Assembly (NCBI GenBank): GCA_963827685.1
Contig: CAWHBU010000006.1
Coordinates: 352,001 to 416,000, forward strand
Direction: 5' to 3'
Source of the DNA: an uncultured delta proteobacterium
GTDB lineage: Bacteria; Desulfobacterota; BSN033; UBA1163
DNA length: 64,000 bases
Shown here: positions 48,366 through 58,652 of the stretch, in pieces
Layout of the letters: each line of letters begins with the position of its first letter
Position numbering within the stretch: the first letter of the stretch is position 1
Made by a program: the position numbers and the translations under genes
The notes under the pieces: generated by a model
What the model was told of the DNA's origin: nothing
The model's database searches: none
The model's input: the letters and a program-made list of their open reading frames with translations, nothing else

Positions 48366-49688
48366 TCATTCATTTCTCTCACCTTCTCTCATATCTCTAA
48401 AGCGTTTTGCCTTGAGCATATATCGCGGAAGCGAACCCGGAGGCTCCATGATGACGTTAAAGGACAGGTTCGTTGCAATCTTAAGACTCTCCTGCAGTCG
48501 GCCCTTTGTTTGCTCAATCGATCCTATCGGAAGTTGAGGATTGACCTCCGCCCTGAGCGAGATCACGTCCATCAGACCTCTTCTCTCGACAATGATCTCG
48601 AACTCCTCGACCTCTTGAAATTCCTTCCGGATCACCTCTTCCACAGTCTTCGGAGAGAAGAGCACTCCTCGGACCTTTCGAAGATCATCAGTCCTCCCCA
48701 GCACCTCTTTGATCTTTCTTGAGGTCCTCCCGCATGGGCAGGAACCCTCCCCTTTGATCACCAGGTCTTTTGTATTGAAACGGATCAGGGGAAAGGATCG
48801 GCGTCCAAGAGGGGTTACTACCGCAACACCTATTTCCCCTTCCCCCACCTCTCTTTGAAGTGTTTCTCGATCGAGGATCTCGACCAAAAAGAAAGGCTCA
48901 ATGATGTGCATCCCATCCTTTGCTTCACACATTCCTGCCCACGCGCAGGGCTCTGTTCCGCCGATATGGTCATAGACGTCGCATCGATAGATTTCTTCCA
49001 ATTTCAATCTGGTAGCAGAAGGCATGGGCTCTCCGGCGCAGAGCATCCTTTCTATTCCGAGAGAAGCAGGTTCAATGCCCATCTTTTTTGCCTCTTCGGC
49101 AATGTGAAGCCCGTAGGTGGGTGTATTCATCATTCCGTTGGCCCGCGTTTCGATGACCTTATGGATTCTTCCTTTTGTGTCGAGGGCTCCCCCAGGGATG
49201 AGTTCGCATCCGAGTTTCTCAGAGGCGTAATGGGCCTCCCAGAAGGCAACATAGACATTATAGCCGAAGGGAAGAAAGATCCTATGATGGGGCCTGAACC
49301 CCGCCATATAGAGGATATGGCACCACGCTTCAATCCTCCATTGCCAGCTTTCATAGGTCTCTGGAACATAGACGGGCTTTCCGGTCGTTCCACTCGTCTG
49401 CCGGAACGTTGTCACGTCTTCAATCTTCCCGCCTAAAACCCCTCCGTAGGGGTAAGGGGCCATCTCTTGATATTTTCTCAATTCCTCCTTATCGGTGAAG
49501 GGAAGGTTCTTAACATCATCCAACGTCTTGATGTCCTTGGAATCGATACCTTTCAGCTTGTCCCGGTAAAGGATGGTATTGTTCTTTGCGAAGGAAAAGA
49601 TATTTCTGAAGTAAGAAAGTTCGATTTTATTTAGATCTTCCCTGCTTAGAGTCTCTAAATATGGATTCCAGTATTTCATGAATAACAC
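48366..49688 (-). CDS. Phenylacetate-CoA ligase family protein
   Basis: LPFTDKEELR, QTSGTTGKP, AGEP, PLIRF.T.D, CPCGRT, GRTDD. Confidence 0.88.
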   Translation of the reverse strand: MLFMKYWNPYLETLSREDLNKIELSYFRNIFSFAKNNTILYRDKLKGIDSKDIKTLDDVKNLPFTDKEELRKYQEMAPYPYGGVLGGKIEDVTTFRQTSGTTGKPVYVPETYESWQWRIEAWCHILYMAGFRPHHRIFLPFGYNVYVAFWEAHYASEKLGCELIPGGALDTKGRIHKVIETRANGMMNTPTYGLHIAEEAKKMGIEPASLGIERMLCAGEPMPSATRLKLEEIYRCDVYDHIGGTEPCAWAGMCEAKDGMHIIEPFFLVEILDRETLQREVGEGEIGVAVVTPLGRRSFPLIRFNTKDLVIKGEGSCPCGRTSRKIKEVLGRTDDLRKVRGVLFSPKTVEEVIRKEFQEVEEFEIIVERRGLMDVISLRAEVNPQLPIGSIEQTKGRLQESLKIATNLSFNVIMEPPGSLPRYMLKAKRFRDMREGERNE

Positions 49689-49709
49689 TCCTTTAAAAAT
49701 GTTTTCCCC

Positions 49710-50537
49710 TTACCTTTTGTAAAGGGTCTTCACATCAGCCCCGAGCTTATAAGAAACTTGCCTTGCAACGTCAGCCGTTGTAGGACCGTATTTTTCAATC
49801 AGTTTCTCCGGGAACGCTCCTATGAGAATGATACATCCAATGATTTTTTCTTGCACACCAAATACCGGTGCGCTTACGAAATTGACCCCGGCAGTGATCT
49901 CACCAACATCCTGGGCGTAGCCCCGTTGTCTACACTTAGTAAGTTCATCTCTCAGCCGCTTCATGTTCAGTCGCGAAATATCCAGGCCATGGAAGTAAAC
50001 TCTTTTTTTAGTCAAAATTTTTTCTCTATCCGCTTCAGGCATAAACGCCACAATGGCTTTTCCGTGTGCACCTAAGGTGATATGGAACCTGTGCCCCAGA
50101 CGAATGCTAAACCCAATGTTTTGATTTCCTTCACGTTTCCCGACGACCAAGAGATGCTCGCCATAAATTAAACCAAAGAGGGCGGTTCCGCTCGTTTCCT
50201 TAGCAAGGTCATCGAGAAAGGGGGCTACGATGTCCGGATAATATAGGTTATCCAAAACATGTCTTGACAAGACAATCAAAGCGGGTCCCAACGAGTAGGT
50301 TTTCGCCTGAGGATCTTTTTCCACAAATCCAAACTGTTTTAGCGTATTTAGAATGGAATGGCCTTTGCTTTTATGAATTCCAACATGGCTACATATTTCT
50401 GTCAGCCTCATCTTGAAATAGGGACTTTCTCCTAAGCAGAGGAGGACCCGAGCCGCCTGTTCCACCGCTGGAGCCGAAGGTTTATAAACCGACTTCCCTT
50501 TTAGGCTACCCTTCGATGGTTTTTTTTTAGCATCCAC
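49710..50537 (-). CDS. IclR-family transcriptional regulator
   Basis: N-terminal HTH, GAHGKAI, RGYA, VSAPVF. Confidence 0.9.
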   Translation of the reverse strand: MDAKKKPSKGSLKGKSVYKPSAPAVEQAARVLLCLGESPYFKMRLTEICSHVGIHKSKGHSILNTLKQFGFVEKDPQAKTYSLGPALIVLSRHVLDNLYYPDIVAPFLDDLAKETSGTALFGLIYGEHLLVVGKREGNQNIGFSIRLGHRFHITLGAHGKAIVAFMPEADREKILTKKRVYFHGLDISRLNMKRLRDELTKCRQRGYAQDVGEITAGVNFVSAPVFGVQEKIIGCIILIGAFPEKLIEKYGPTTADVARQVSYKLGADVKTLYKR

Positions 50538-50585
50538 CTGACAAAATCCTCGCCGTCACATGTCGATCATTGGCCTTGTATCAAA

Positions 50586-50603
50586 TGTTCTGTATATAGA
50601 ACA
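50586..50603. promoter_or_regulatory. IclR-type palindromic operator
   Basis: TGTTCTGTATATAGAACA dyad just upstream of the IclR gene. Confidence 0.6.
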
Positions 50604-50827
50604 AAGTTCTAATAACTTTTAAAATGTTATAGGAACGCTTTCACTTTGTCAACCGTTCTTCACATAATGTGTCAAGCCGGTCTTGACGAAACATTCCTTA
50701 AAGGTTATCAAATCTGTGAGAAAGAAAGTCCTTCTAAAAAGGACCCCAGAAATTTCCCTTGACAAGTTTGAAGGGATTTGATCTATGAAAGAGAGGGGTG
50801 GAGATAGGGCTAAAGGAGAAAAAGTGG

Positions 50828-51538
50828 ATGGAGCATAAGGATTGTTTTGGTTCATTAAAGGAGGTCAGCCTTAGTGATGGCCGAACCATGACCCAATCAA
50901 GACCCGAGTGTCGAAGTTGCGACGAGATTCGCGACTGTTTGCGTTATACCAAACAGCTCGCTGACGAGAAGAAAGAAAAAGAGGAACTGAGAAAACAGAA
51001 CCTGATTACTCAAATCATTGACCACTCAAATGTCTTCTCGAATGACCTGGGTTCCTGCTTATTAAAGTTTCTGAGTAGAATTTACAGTTCATCACTCGGG
51101 ATTGTCCTTTTCAAAAATCTTTTTTTATTTTTTGAAATCCCTCAAAATGCCCTGTCCTCAAACCTGTCCATTCCGATCTCCCGGATGATGATGGATTTGC
51201 TTCGGGGAGAAAAAGACCAAGCGGTACCTCCTCCTAATCCCCAAGTCCCCCATCAACGAAGGGAGCTCGAAGAAGGATTCACACTCCGGATCATTCTGTT
51301 TGAACAATCTTTTCCCAATCATCCGGAGGCGAATGTGGGAATGATCGCCCACGAAGTGGCTCGCGCGTTTGCCTCCGATAATCTTGGAATAAAACAAATT
51401 CTTCAGGTTCTTTCCGATTCCGAGGCCAACCAATTAGGAAAATTGGATGTCGAGGCTCGAACAAGATGGTTGATTGAGAAATGGGGTTTTCTGGATGAAT
51501 TCAAGGCTTTAAAAAAAGAATTGACCATCCCGAAATAA
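50828..51538 (+). CDS. Hypothetical protein with N-terminal Cys cluster
   Basis: CFG...CRSC....DC motif and AHE motif; start revised to ATG 50828. Confidence 0.6.
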   Translation: MEHKDCFGSLKEVSLSDGRTMTQSRPECRSCDEIRDCLRYTKQLADEKKEKEELRKQNLITQIIDHSNVFSNDLGSCLLKFLSRIYSSSLGIVLFKNLFLFFEIPQNALSSNLSIPISRMMMDLLRGEKDQAVPPPNPQVPHQRRELEEGFTLRIILFEQSFPNHPEANVGMIAHEVARAFASDNLGIKQILQVLSDSEANQLGKLDVEARTRWLIEKWGFLDEFKALKKELTIPK

Positions 51539-51559
51539 ATGAAGAACGAAAGAGACTCC

Positions 51560-52225
51560 TTATCTTTTAGATTGCTTCCTTCCTTTTGCTTTTTCTTTGC
51601 TCGAAGAGGATCCTCTTCCAGATAACCGTGAATCAGGTTGCTTCAGGGAGATGCGGGTCTGCCCATCTGAAGCAGGTGTGCATACCAGCACATTTCTCTC
51701 GTCTCTCTCGAAAGCACACTTCTCTTCGAGAATCGTCCTCAGCTTTTTCCGACCCCTGTGAAGCCTTACTTTCACATTCTCAATGGTTACTCCTAACGTA
51801 TCAGCAATTTCCTGTTGGCTAAAATCCATGGTGTCAAAAAGGATCAAAACCACCCGGAGAGGTTCAGGAAGCAGGTGAATATAGTTTTGAACACATTGCC
51901 CCATCTGCCGTTGTTCCAATTCTTTTTGAATATCCGGTCCTCTCTGGATTAAAGCCTCTTTAAAATCTTCCGTTTCTTCCTGATCTATTCTTTCTTCTTT
52001 AGGTGATATCTTCAACTGACGGAAATGGTCTTGGCAGAGATTGTATGCAATACGAAATATCCAGGAAGACAATTTGGAGGGATCTTTTAGGCTTTTTAAA
52101 TTTGTTTGAATTTTTAGAAACGTTTCCTGGATTAAGTCATCCGCCACCCATTCATCTTTAACAAGGGCAAGGATAAACCTTCTTACCTTTGCATAAAACT
52201 GATCGTAGATATCCCAAAATTCCAT
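51560..52225 (-). CDS. ECF RNA polymerase sigma factor with Cys-containing C-terminal extension
   Basis: ADDLIQETFLK, SWIFRIAYN, VKVRLHRGR, C.FERDERNVLVC. Confidence 0.88.
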   Translation of the reverse strand: MEFWDIYDQFYAKVRRFILALVKDEWVADDLIQETFLKIQTNLKSLKDPSKLSSWIFRIAYNLCQDHFRQLKISPKEERIDQEETEDFKEALIQRGPDIQKELEQRQMGQCVQNYIHLLPEPLRVVLILFDTMDFSQQEIADTLGVTIENVKVRLHRGRKKLRTILEEKCAFERDERNVLVCTPASDGQTRISLKQPDSRLSGRGSSSSKEKAKGRKQSKR

Positions 52226-52243
52226 TTTTGAGTCCCGCTCAAC

Positions 52244-52504
52244 CTATCCGCAGCATGACCTATTGGTTTGCCTGTCGCAGGGCAAATCATACTCCTTTTT
52301 CCGACCCATGGCATCGTCAATTTTGTTTTTGATGGCCAAATGGGCTCCTTTCTTGACCTGACTGGCAAGATCAACAGCCTCTTGAATTTCCTCAGGAGCA
52401 AGGCCCGTAGATTCGGCCTTCCCAAAGTAGTGCTCAAAACAAGGGATACAGTTTGCTGCGGTAGAGGCCCCTAAACAGATTAAAAGCTTGGTTCTCTCGT
52501 CCAT
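52244..52504 (-). CDS. Carboxymuconolactone decarboxylase/AhpD-like small protein
   Basis: LI.LGAS.AANCIPC..H motif; C-terminal CCG. Confidence 0.8.
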   Translation of the reverse strand: MDERTKLLICLGASTAANCIPCFEHYFGKAESTGLAPEEIQEAVDLASQVKKGAHLAIKNKIDDAMGRKKEYDLPCDRQTNRSCCG

Positions 52505-52543
52505 GGCTCAAACCCTCCTTTTTCAAAAGTTCTATTATATATA

Positions 52544-52571
52544 AGACGGGTATGGCCACTGAAAGGTTACA
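52544..52571 (-). promoter_or_regulatory. ECF-type promoter
   Basis: TGTAAC-17 bp-CGTCT upstream of the AhpD-like/ECF pair. Confidence 0.6.
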
Positions 52572-52589
52572 GAACTTTCCCACTTCGTC

Positions 52590-54848
52590 TCACGAGCGCA
52601 AACTTCCGAAGCTTTTCGCCAACCTGCTCACCCGACATGGAATATAACGGTGGAGCGGCGTGGCTGCCAGACGATCTCGGTGTTTTTTCGGGGCCAGCCG
52701 GTTTACATTGGCTCCATGTGTCTCTCCGCCGTGAACAAGCCCGAAGCCATGAGGGATGACAACCTGTCCTCGATGCGAGCTATCTGTAACCTCCGCTTCA
52801 ATCCTAACAGATCCTGCTTCGGTTTCGATGAACACTTCTTCACCCTCTGCAATGCCAAGTCCTTCGGCGTCATCGGGGTGTATCCGCATGGTGCAAGGAC
52901 GTCTTCCCTCATTCCAGGCCGGGTCACGCATGATCGTATTGGCCACCATTTCCATATGGTTTCCGGCCATCAGAACCATGGGATAGTCCTTGTTCACGAG
53001 TTGGGCCTCTTCGGTTGCAGGTGTTACTTCCTTGACCCATGATTCCATTTCTGGGAAATGGATATGGATTTTCTTGTCAGAAGTCTTCAGGAGAGAAAGG
53101 TTTTTTCCCGTGTCTACGACTCCGATTTTTACCGCACTGGGTGTTTCCAGAATTTTTCTGAATATTTCTTCACCCGTCATCGGTCCCACCTGATAACCGG
53201 CACGGGCTACCTCCTCGGAGTGCATCATCGGAAACCGCGCCAAAAGTCCCCAGAGCGCGGCCAGATTTTTTGACCCCAACTCCTCACCAAGGGTCTTCGC
53301 AAGTATATAAGGTAACCACGGCTCTGCCTTTGGGTTGCTGCGGAGATATTCCATCAGTGCAATGCCAAAGCGTGGCCGGTCCCCAGCCAGTTCCCTGAGC
53401 TTGAGAGGATAATCCGGGATCATACCCAACCTTTCCGCAAGTCCCATAAAGATAGTTGCCTCTTCCACTTGCTCTCCATCTGCCTCCACCACAGGCCGGC
53501 GCATATTGAAGTAGTAGTCTGGGTAGTGCCACTGGAAAAATGTGCCGTCCCACTTCTCATAGCCCGACCTCGCTGGCAGGACGTAATGAGAAAGAACGGC
53601 TGTCTCGCTCATGGCTACCTCAATGGTTACCAGCAAGTCCAGCTTTGCGAAGGCTTTCTCATAGGCGTCAGTGTCGGCGTAAGAACGTAGGGGATTTGAG
53701 CCGCTGACGATCAGGCCGCGGAGGCGCTGGGGGTGGTCGTTATCGATCTCTTCCGGCATCACATTGGGTGGAAAGACCCCCATGATCAAGGGAATATTTG
53801 TCATGACTGTCTTCCATGTACCTGAGGCTTCTTCTGGCGTGTGGGATCCAATTGGCATCAGGTGGCCCAAAAAAACATTGCCGCCTTTGACCCCTATACG
53901 GCCTGTTAATGTAAGGAAGATCAATTCCAAGTAAGAATTAAGAGTGCTGTGCCTTCCCATCAGGATGCCAAGATCGCTGCGCATCGCGGTTTTGCGGGTG
54001 GCAAACAGTCTGGTGAATTCCCGGACAGCATTGACATCTAATCCACAAACGCGACAGTTGTCTTTCACATCTATGTCATCAAACCAGCCTCGAATAGCTT
54101 CGAAGCCCTCCACTGTAGCAGCCAGATAATCCTTGGCCAAAAGCCCTTCCGTTAACAAGATCTTGATCATCGCTTTGAACAGGAGAGCGTCAGTCCCAGG
54201 CCTGAGTCGTAGATGGATGTCGGCAAGTTTGGTTGTCTCCGTCACTCTCGGGTCAACGACGGCCAATAAAAACCCAGGGTCTTTTTTCTTGTTTCGAAGC
54301 ACCACCGGCGCATTGGGTATGTCGTGGCTCACCATGGGATTGGCTCCCCAGAAGACAAGGAGATCCGATCCCTGAATGTCGGGAAACGAATGCATATACT
54401 GGCGGCCAAATGCCTTCCCGTTCACCCAGAAAAAACCCGTAAGCTCCTGGGCCAGGGGGCTATAATGATTCTTTGAGCCCAATCCATGCAAAAAGCGCAC
54501 GCCGAAGGCGGCTTCAAAATGGCAGCCCTGGCCACCTCCTCCCATGTAAGCGACGGAGCGAGGCCCGTGGGTTTGTACAATTTCTTTGAATTTGGCTGCT
54601 ATTTCGTCCAAGGCTTGATCCCAGGAAACGCGTTCAAAGCGACTCCCAACCCGTTTGAGAGGAAACTTCAGCCTTTCCGGGTTATTCTGAAAATACATGA
54701 CGCTCGCACCTTTTCTGCAAACATAACCCTGTGAACGCGGATTTTCCTTGTCACCCCTCACTTTGATGATCTTGCTGCCTTCTGTGACGACCTCCAGGCC
54801 GCAGTTTTGGCCACACAAAACACAAGAAGTTTTCTTCCACTCGCTCAT
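52590..54848 (-). CDS. Molybdopterin-dependent oxidoreductase
   Basis: CVLCGQNC...CRKG, GGGGQGCH, VDPR.TET, RPGTD, IHPDDA, PHGFG. Confidence 0.88.
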   Translation of the reverse strand: MSEWKKTSCVLCGQNCGLEVVTEGSKIIKVRGDKENPRSQGYVCRKGASVMYFQNNPERLKFPLKRVGSRFERVSWDQALDEIAAKFKEIVQTHGPRSVAYMGGGGQGCHFEAAFGVRFLHGLGSKNHYSPLAQELTGFFWVNGKAFGRQYMHSFPDIQGSDLLVFWGANPMVSHDIPNAPVVLRNKKKDPGFLLAVVDPRVTETTKLADIHLRLRPGTDALLFKAMIKILLTEGLLAKDYLAATVEGFEAIRGWFDDIDVKDNCRVCGLDVNAVREFTRLFATRKTAMRSDLGILMGRHSTLNSYLELIFLTLTGRIGVKGGNVFLGHLMPIGSHTPEEASGTWKTVMTNIPLIMGVFPPNVMPEEIDNDHPQRLRGLIVSGSNPLRSYADTDAYEKAFAKLDLLVTIEVAMSETAVLSHYVLPARSGYEKWDGTFFQWHYPDYYFNMRRPVVEADGEQVEEATIFMGLAERLGMIPDYPLKLRELAGDRPRFGIALMEYLRSNPKAEPWLPYILAKTLGEELGSKNLAALWGLLARFPMMHSEEVARAGYQVGPMTGEEIFRKILETPSAVKIGVVDTGKNLSLLKTSDKKIHIHFPEMESWVKEVTPATEEAQLVNKDYPMVLMAGNHMEMVANTIMRDPAWNEGRRPCTMRIHPDDAEGLGIAEGEEVFIETEAGSVRIEAEVTDSSHRGQVVIPHGFGLVHGGETHGANVNRLAPKKHRDRLAATPLHRYIPCRVSRLAKSFGSLRS

Positions 54849-54871
54849 GATCCGCTCCTTTCCCAAATCAA

Positions 54872-55108
54872 ATGCTTAATGCGAATTGCCTTGTGCATAT
54901 CTTGAATGACCTGTGAAATGTCAGGAATTTCTCTCGCCTTTTGTTGATTACCGCGGTGTAGAGCTGTTTTTTTATCGGCCTTGAAATGGGTGGTATATAA
55001 TTGCACTGCATCACGGGCCTGTCTTATCTGCCAGTCAGCGGTGTTTTTTGTGATTTTAGTTTGTCTAAGAACTTTTCCATTAAAAATGCCTTTTGATATT
55101 AGAAAGCC
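54872..55108 (-). pseudogene. intI: Integron integrase N-terminal relic
   Basis: Manual translation across a frameshift: EKFLDKLKSQK / ADWQIRQARDAVQLY...VIQDMHKAIRIKH, then truncated; divergent from an attI-like site and cassettes. Confidence 0.65.
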
Positions 55109-55110
55109 AG

Positions 55111-55275
55111 ATTATACGCAATCCGTATAACATGGTATTACGTAGCAATTACGAATGCAATAAGAATATCTTCCCTTTATTTACAAATAATTACGATTGA
55201 ATGCGTGTTCAGATTATGATATCGTAAAAACAAAAAATGAGAGTAAACAGGTATTCCGTATATTAATTGTTGGGC
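55111..55275 (+). other. attI/promoter region of the second integron
   Basis: CGTATAT-TAATT-GTTGGGC simple site (55257-55275); upstream TTATACG/CGTATAA dyad; GTTGGGC complements R'' GCCCAAC of the next attC. Confidence 0.65.
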
Positions 55276-55307
55276 TATAACACGCATACATGAAGGACTT
55301 ATAGCAT

Positions 55308-56069
55308 ATGAACGGGCAGATCGAGAAACCAGACTATGGCAATTGGACTCCAAGACTAATGATCTATGCTCCCCTCGCAATAGCGCTCCTGTTCCTGGCA
55401 TCGAGCCTCATGTGGTCTTTCCTGCTGATTCCGGGTGCGTTCTTCGTGCTGGTCGCTGCCTTTATATTCTATGTTCGCTTCAAGCTTTCTCCCACAGCAG
55501 GAAATGTCCAAGAATCCATTTGGAACTTCGTAATAGAGCACTTGGATTGGAATGGAGAAGGCAGAGCCTTGGACATAGGATGCGGGAACGGTGCCCTTGC
55601 TATCAAGCTGGCTCAGAAGCACCGCAAGGCACAGGTCCTTGGAATAGACTATTGGGGAAAGAAATGGGATTACTCTATGAGCGTCTGTGAACGTAATGCA
55701 GCGCTTGTGGGAGTCAGTGACCGTGTAACGTTCCAGAGAGGCAGCGCCGCGTCATTGCCATTCGCTGACGGGTACTTCGACGCAGCGGTGAGCAATTTCG
55801 TCTTCCATGAGGTCGGTGGTGTCAAAGACAAGCGTGAGATTATTCGTGAAGCATTGCGGGTTCTTAAGAAAGGTGGCAGATTTGCTTTTCAAGACGAATT
55901 CCTCATCAAGAAGATGTATGGTGATCCAGACGCATTGGCCAGCACTATCAAGAGCTGGGGAATAGCCAAAGTGGAGTTCATTCAAACCAGAAGCTTGTCC
56001 TTTATCCCACGCCTGTTGAAAGCACCGTTCATTTTAGGAACTATGGCGATGATACGGGGAGAGAAGTGA
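55308..56069 (+). CDS. Class I SAM-dependent methyltransferase with N-terminal TM helices, integron cassette gene
   Basis: LDIGCGNG, LPF.D..FD, RVLKKGG. Confidence 0.88.
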   Translation: MNGQIEKPDYGNWTPRLMIYAPLAIALLFLASSLMWSFLLIPGAFFVLVAAFIFYVRFKLSPTAGNVQESIWNFVIEHLDWNGEGRALDIGCGNGALAIKLAQKHRKAQVLGIDYWGKKWDYSMSVCERNAALVGVSDRVTFQRGSAASLPFADGYFDAAVSNFVFHEVGGVKDKREIIREALRVLKKGGRFAFQDEFLIKKMYGDPDALASTIKSWGIAKVEFIQTRSLSFIPRLLKAPFILGTMAMIRGEK

Positions 56070-56087
56070 GCAGCAGGCCCAAGAACA

Positions 56088-56143
56088 GCCCAACGAGGCG
56101 TTCCACCGGATCGCTTACGCTCCCGGTGAACTCTGTGTTATGC
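56088..56143 (+). other. attC site (56 bp)
   Basis: GCCCAAC-GAGGCGTTCCACCGGA...CCCGGTGAACTCTGT-GTTATGC. Confidence 0.9.
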
Positions 56144-56158
56144 CTCTCAAGAGATAAT

Positions 56159-56599
56159 ATGAAGATCTTACTTCCAATTGTTTTTGCGGGTATTGCAGCA
56201 ATCGGGAATGCTATGTTTGCGCTTGGTCAAAAGAAGTCAGCTGGTGTGGAGAATGGGTTACTATTCGTTGGCTTGTCTGCTCTCGTCGCTGTCTTCTTCG
56301 CTCTTTTCTTTGCGCCATTGCTGGGCGTATTTGATGTAGGGAACACAGTGACGGGTAATTGGAAAGCTGTTCTTTTAAGTGGGCTTGGGCTTTTCCTTAC
56401 ATATCTTGGCTTCAATCTTCTGTATTCAAGGTACGGTGCCTCTCAATATGTCCTCTATGCAGTGCTATCCATCATCACAACAACAATAATTGTTGGTATT
56501 TTTTGGTTGAAGGAGCCGGTCAATGTCTATCACAAGGTCGCTATTGCTATGGCCATTGCAGCGGTTGTCTTTTTCTCAATTGGCCAGTCAAAGGCATAA
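56159..56599 (+). CDS. DMT/EamA-like small membrane transporter, integron cassette gene
   Basis: Five TM helices, LKEP motif; stop lies in R'' GGCATAAC, which complements the cassette start GTTATGCC. Confidence 0.8.
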   Translation: MKILLPIVFAGIAAIGNAMFALGQKKSAGVENGLLFVGLSALVAVFFALFFAPLLGVFDVGNTVTGNWKAVLLSGLGLFLTYLGFNLLYSRYGASQYVLYAVLSIITTTIIVGIFWLKEPVNVYHKVAIAMAIAAVVFFSIGQSKA

Positions 56600-56638
56600 C
56601 AATAAAATTAAACGTTGTCGGGTTGTCGGGCGGTTGTC

Positions 56639-56770
56639 GGGGTCAGGTTTTGCAATAGCACATTGAAGGAAATTGCCGAACATCTGGGTTTCCATTATGC
56701 TACTATAAACCGGGCAATAAAACGGGTGGAGGGGGGATAAAGTCAAATGTATGATTGCAAGACCTGACTC
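56639..56770. mobile_element. ~132-bp GGGGTCAGG-ended miniature element interrupting an attC
   Basis: Inverted homolog of 3569-3696; encodes LKEIAEHLGFHYATINRAIKRVE; the attC stops after GCATAACAATAAAATTAAAC and three GTTGTCGG repeats precede the element. Confidence 0.8.
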
Positions 56771-56820
56771 TTCTGCTCAGATTCCAGAGACCGGCTTTAT
56801 CGCTGATCGTCTTCTGCTCT

Positions 56821-57870
56821 TTATTTCATCGTACAATCCAGAAAAAAATCCTCAAATACCGCGCCTATCAGAAGCCGGTTTTGGTAAACGGCTCCAATGC
56901 TGGCTGCGGATATCTCATCCCCGAGGTTACAATATATCTCTTTAAACGAATATGCGCCATTTTCTGATTTAGATACTTCAAGAATTTGCGACGGAGCCTT
57001 TTTTGTCCTGTCCTTCGTATGCTTTATTAAGCTAAGAAGCTTCGGATGGCAGGCAATGCGGATCTTCCCGTTCGCGTCAACATCAATATTGTCGGGGCCG
57101 GTGCCCAGGTAGAGCTCATAGACCTGCTTGAGAGAGCCTGTTGCGCCATCGCGATCATAAACATGGAATTTTTTCCCGATTGTCGATGCGGCATAGATGG
57201 TCTTCCCGTCAGCGGTCGCCCATATGCCGTTGGCATAGGACAGATCGCCCGCCACTTTCCGCAGTGATGTTCCGTCGTAATAGACGATATTAGAACGCGA
57301 GAGCCGGAGGTAATCCTCAATTTGCTTGCCCCAATTTGACTTTGATCCATGGTCATTGGTGAAATAAAACTGCCGCGCACCAACCGCTGCGACGTCATTA
57401 GGGCTGATCATGAGGTCGCCGGAGACAGTCTCCAGGTGTACAAGAGTATTATTGCTGAACTCGAATATTTCTACGAAATGGCGAGGAGGCTGATGATTGA
57501 TTACAAAAAGATACTTCCTGCCGTCGGGGCCGGTGTAAAAACTAATGCCGTGGGGTTGGAATTTCATCGTAAGGCCAGCTGTCAAGTTTTTTATCGCAGG
57601 CTTCCCCAACAGATTATAGGCGAATATTGCTCCCTGCTTTACATTACCCTGCATAAATGCACGCCGGTCAAAGGAGGATATGAACGCGGTCCCTGTGGAA
57701 TTATCAATCGCTATATCCTCAGGCCCGGGAACGTTAAGCACTTTAACGCATGCGTAATTTGAATGGGGTTCAAGCGTTTTAAACTCGCCGGCATCTTTCA
57801 TGAACTTCAGGATGAAAACCGCGATTCCAATAAAAACTACAGCTAAAATTACGAATATTTTCTTTTTCAT
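56821..57870 (-). CDS. Arylesterase/paraoxonase-like six-bladed propeller (SMP-30 family)
   Basis: GPEDI, FQPHGIS, SPNDV, FYFTNDH, ANGI, GPDNI. Confidence 0.85.
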   Translation of the reverse strand: MKKKIFVILAVVFIGIAVFILKFMKDAGEFKTLEPHSNYACVKVLNVPGPEDIAIDNSTGTAFISSFDRRAFMQGNVKQGAIFAYNLLGKPAIKNLTAGLTMKFQPHGISFYTGPDGRKYLFVINHQPPRHFVEIFEFSNNTLVHLETVSGDLMISPNDVAAVGARQFYFTNDHGSKSNWGKQIEDYLRLSRSNIVYYDGTSLRKVAGDLSYANGIWATADGKTIYAASTIGKKFHVYDRDGATGSLKQVYELYLGTGPDNIDVDANGKIRIACHPKLLSLIKHTKDRTKKAPSQILEVSKSENGAYSFKEIYCNLGDEISAASIGAVYQNRLLIGAVFEDFFLDCTMK

Positions 57871-58055
57871 CGGAAGCCTCCTAATAGATTATTCTGGAAT
57901 TTCTAAAAACAGGGAGCAGAATAATATTGCTAAAAATAAATTAGGGACGGAAACGAGGGACGTTGGTTCAAATGCAACCTTCATATATTTTCGGCCTCGT
58001 GGATCTGTCACACGCGTTTCATGCTGTCGTTCATCCAGTGCTTAAAGGAATGGCT

Positions 58056-58568
58056 TTAGCCCTTTAATCTGAATCTCCACTTGCAAAACATATCTTTGGG
58101 ATGAGGATCGGGGGGAGCAAAAACACACTCTATTTGGATACGTTCGTCGATCTCCCGGGCAAAGCCTGCAAACTCGCCCCTATGCATTTCTTTGCATACG
58201 AACTCTTCCAATCCTCTTTTGAGACGGGCTTCCTGAGTAGGACAATTAGGAACCGTGATGATCACTTCGTCTTTCTTCTCCTCAATCTGATAGCCCACCA
58301 GGATAGTCCAAGGGAAATACCTCAGGGCTTTGACAAACCCCTTGAGCCCTTTCTCCCTTATATCAAAGCGGCTGATTAGGTCTTTGGCAGCCATACCGCC
58401 TACCCGACCCCAGACCTGTTCATTGAGCCGTTCTGCCGTGGGTTGATCGAACTTCTCCGCTACAAAAAGGAACCAGAAGGCATCCATCACACGGTAATGC
58501 CAGAGTAAGAATTGGATATAACTTTTAAGCTCGGAGGCCCTCATTTTTTCGAAAATCTTGGTATCCAT
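58056..58568 (-). CDS. DUF6125-like protein
   Basis: D..WF...CPTQEAR..RGL..F.CK...C.FAPPD.HP....C.W.F. Confidence 0.7.
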   Translation of the reverse strand: MDTKIFEKMRASELKSYIQFLLWHYRVMDAFWFLFVAEKFDQPTAERLNEQVWGRVGGMAAKDLISRFDIREKGLKGFVKALRYFPWTILVGYQIEEKKDEVIITVPNCPTQEARLKRGLEEFVCKEMHRGEFAGFAREIDERIQIECVFAPPDPHPKDMFCKWRFRLKG

Positions 58569-58652
58569 TTCTTTCTCCTATTCCTAGAAATGAAAATCCC
58601 TCCCGACCTCCCTTTCCAAAGGGAGGGGAAGCCCCCCTTTTCTAAAGGGGGA

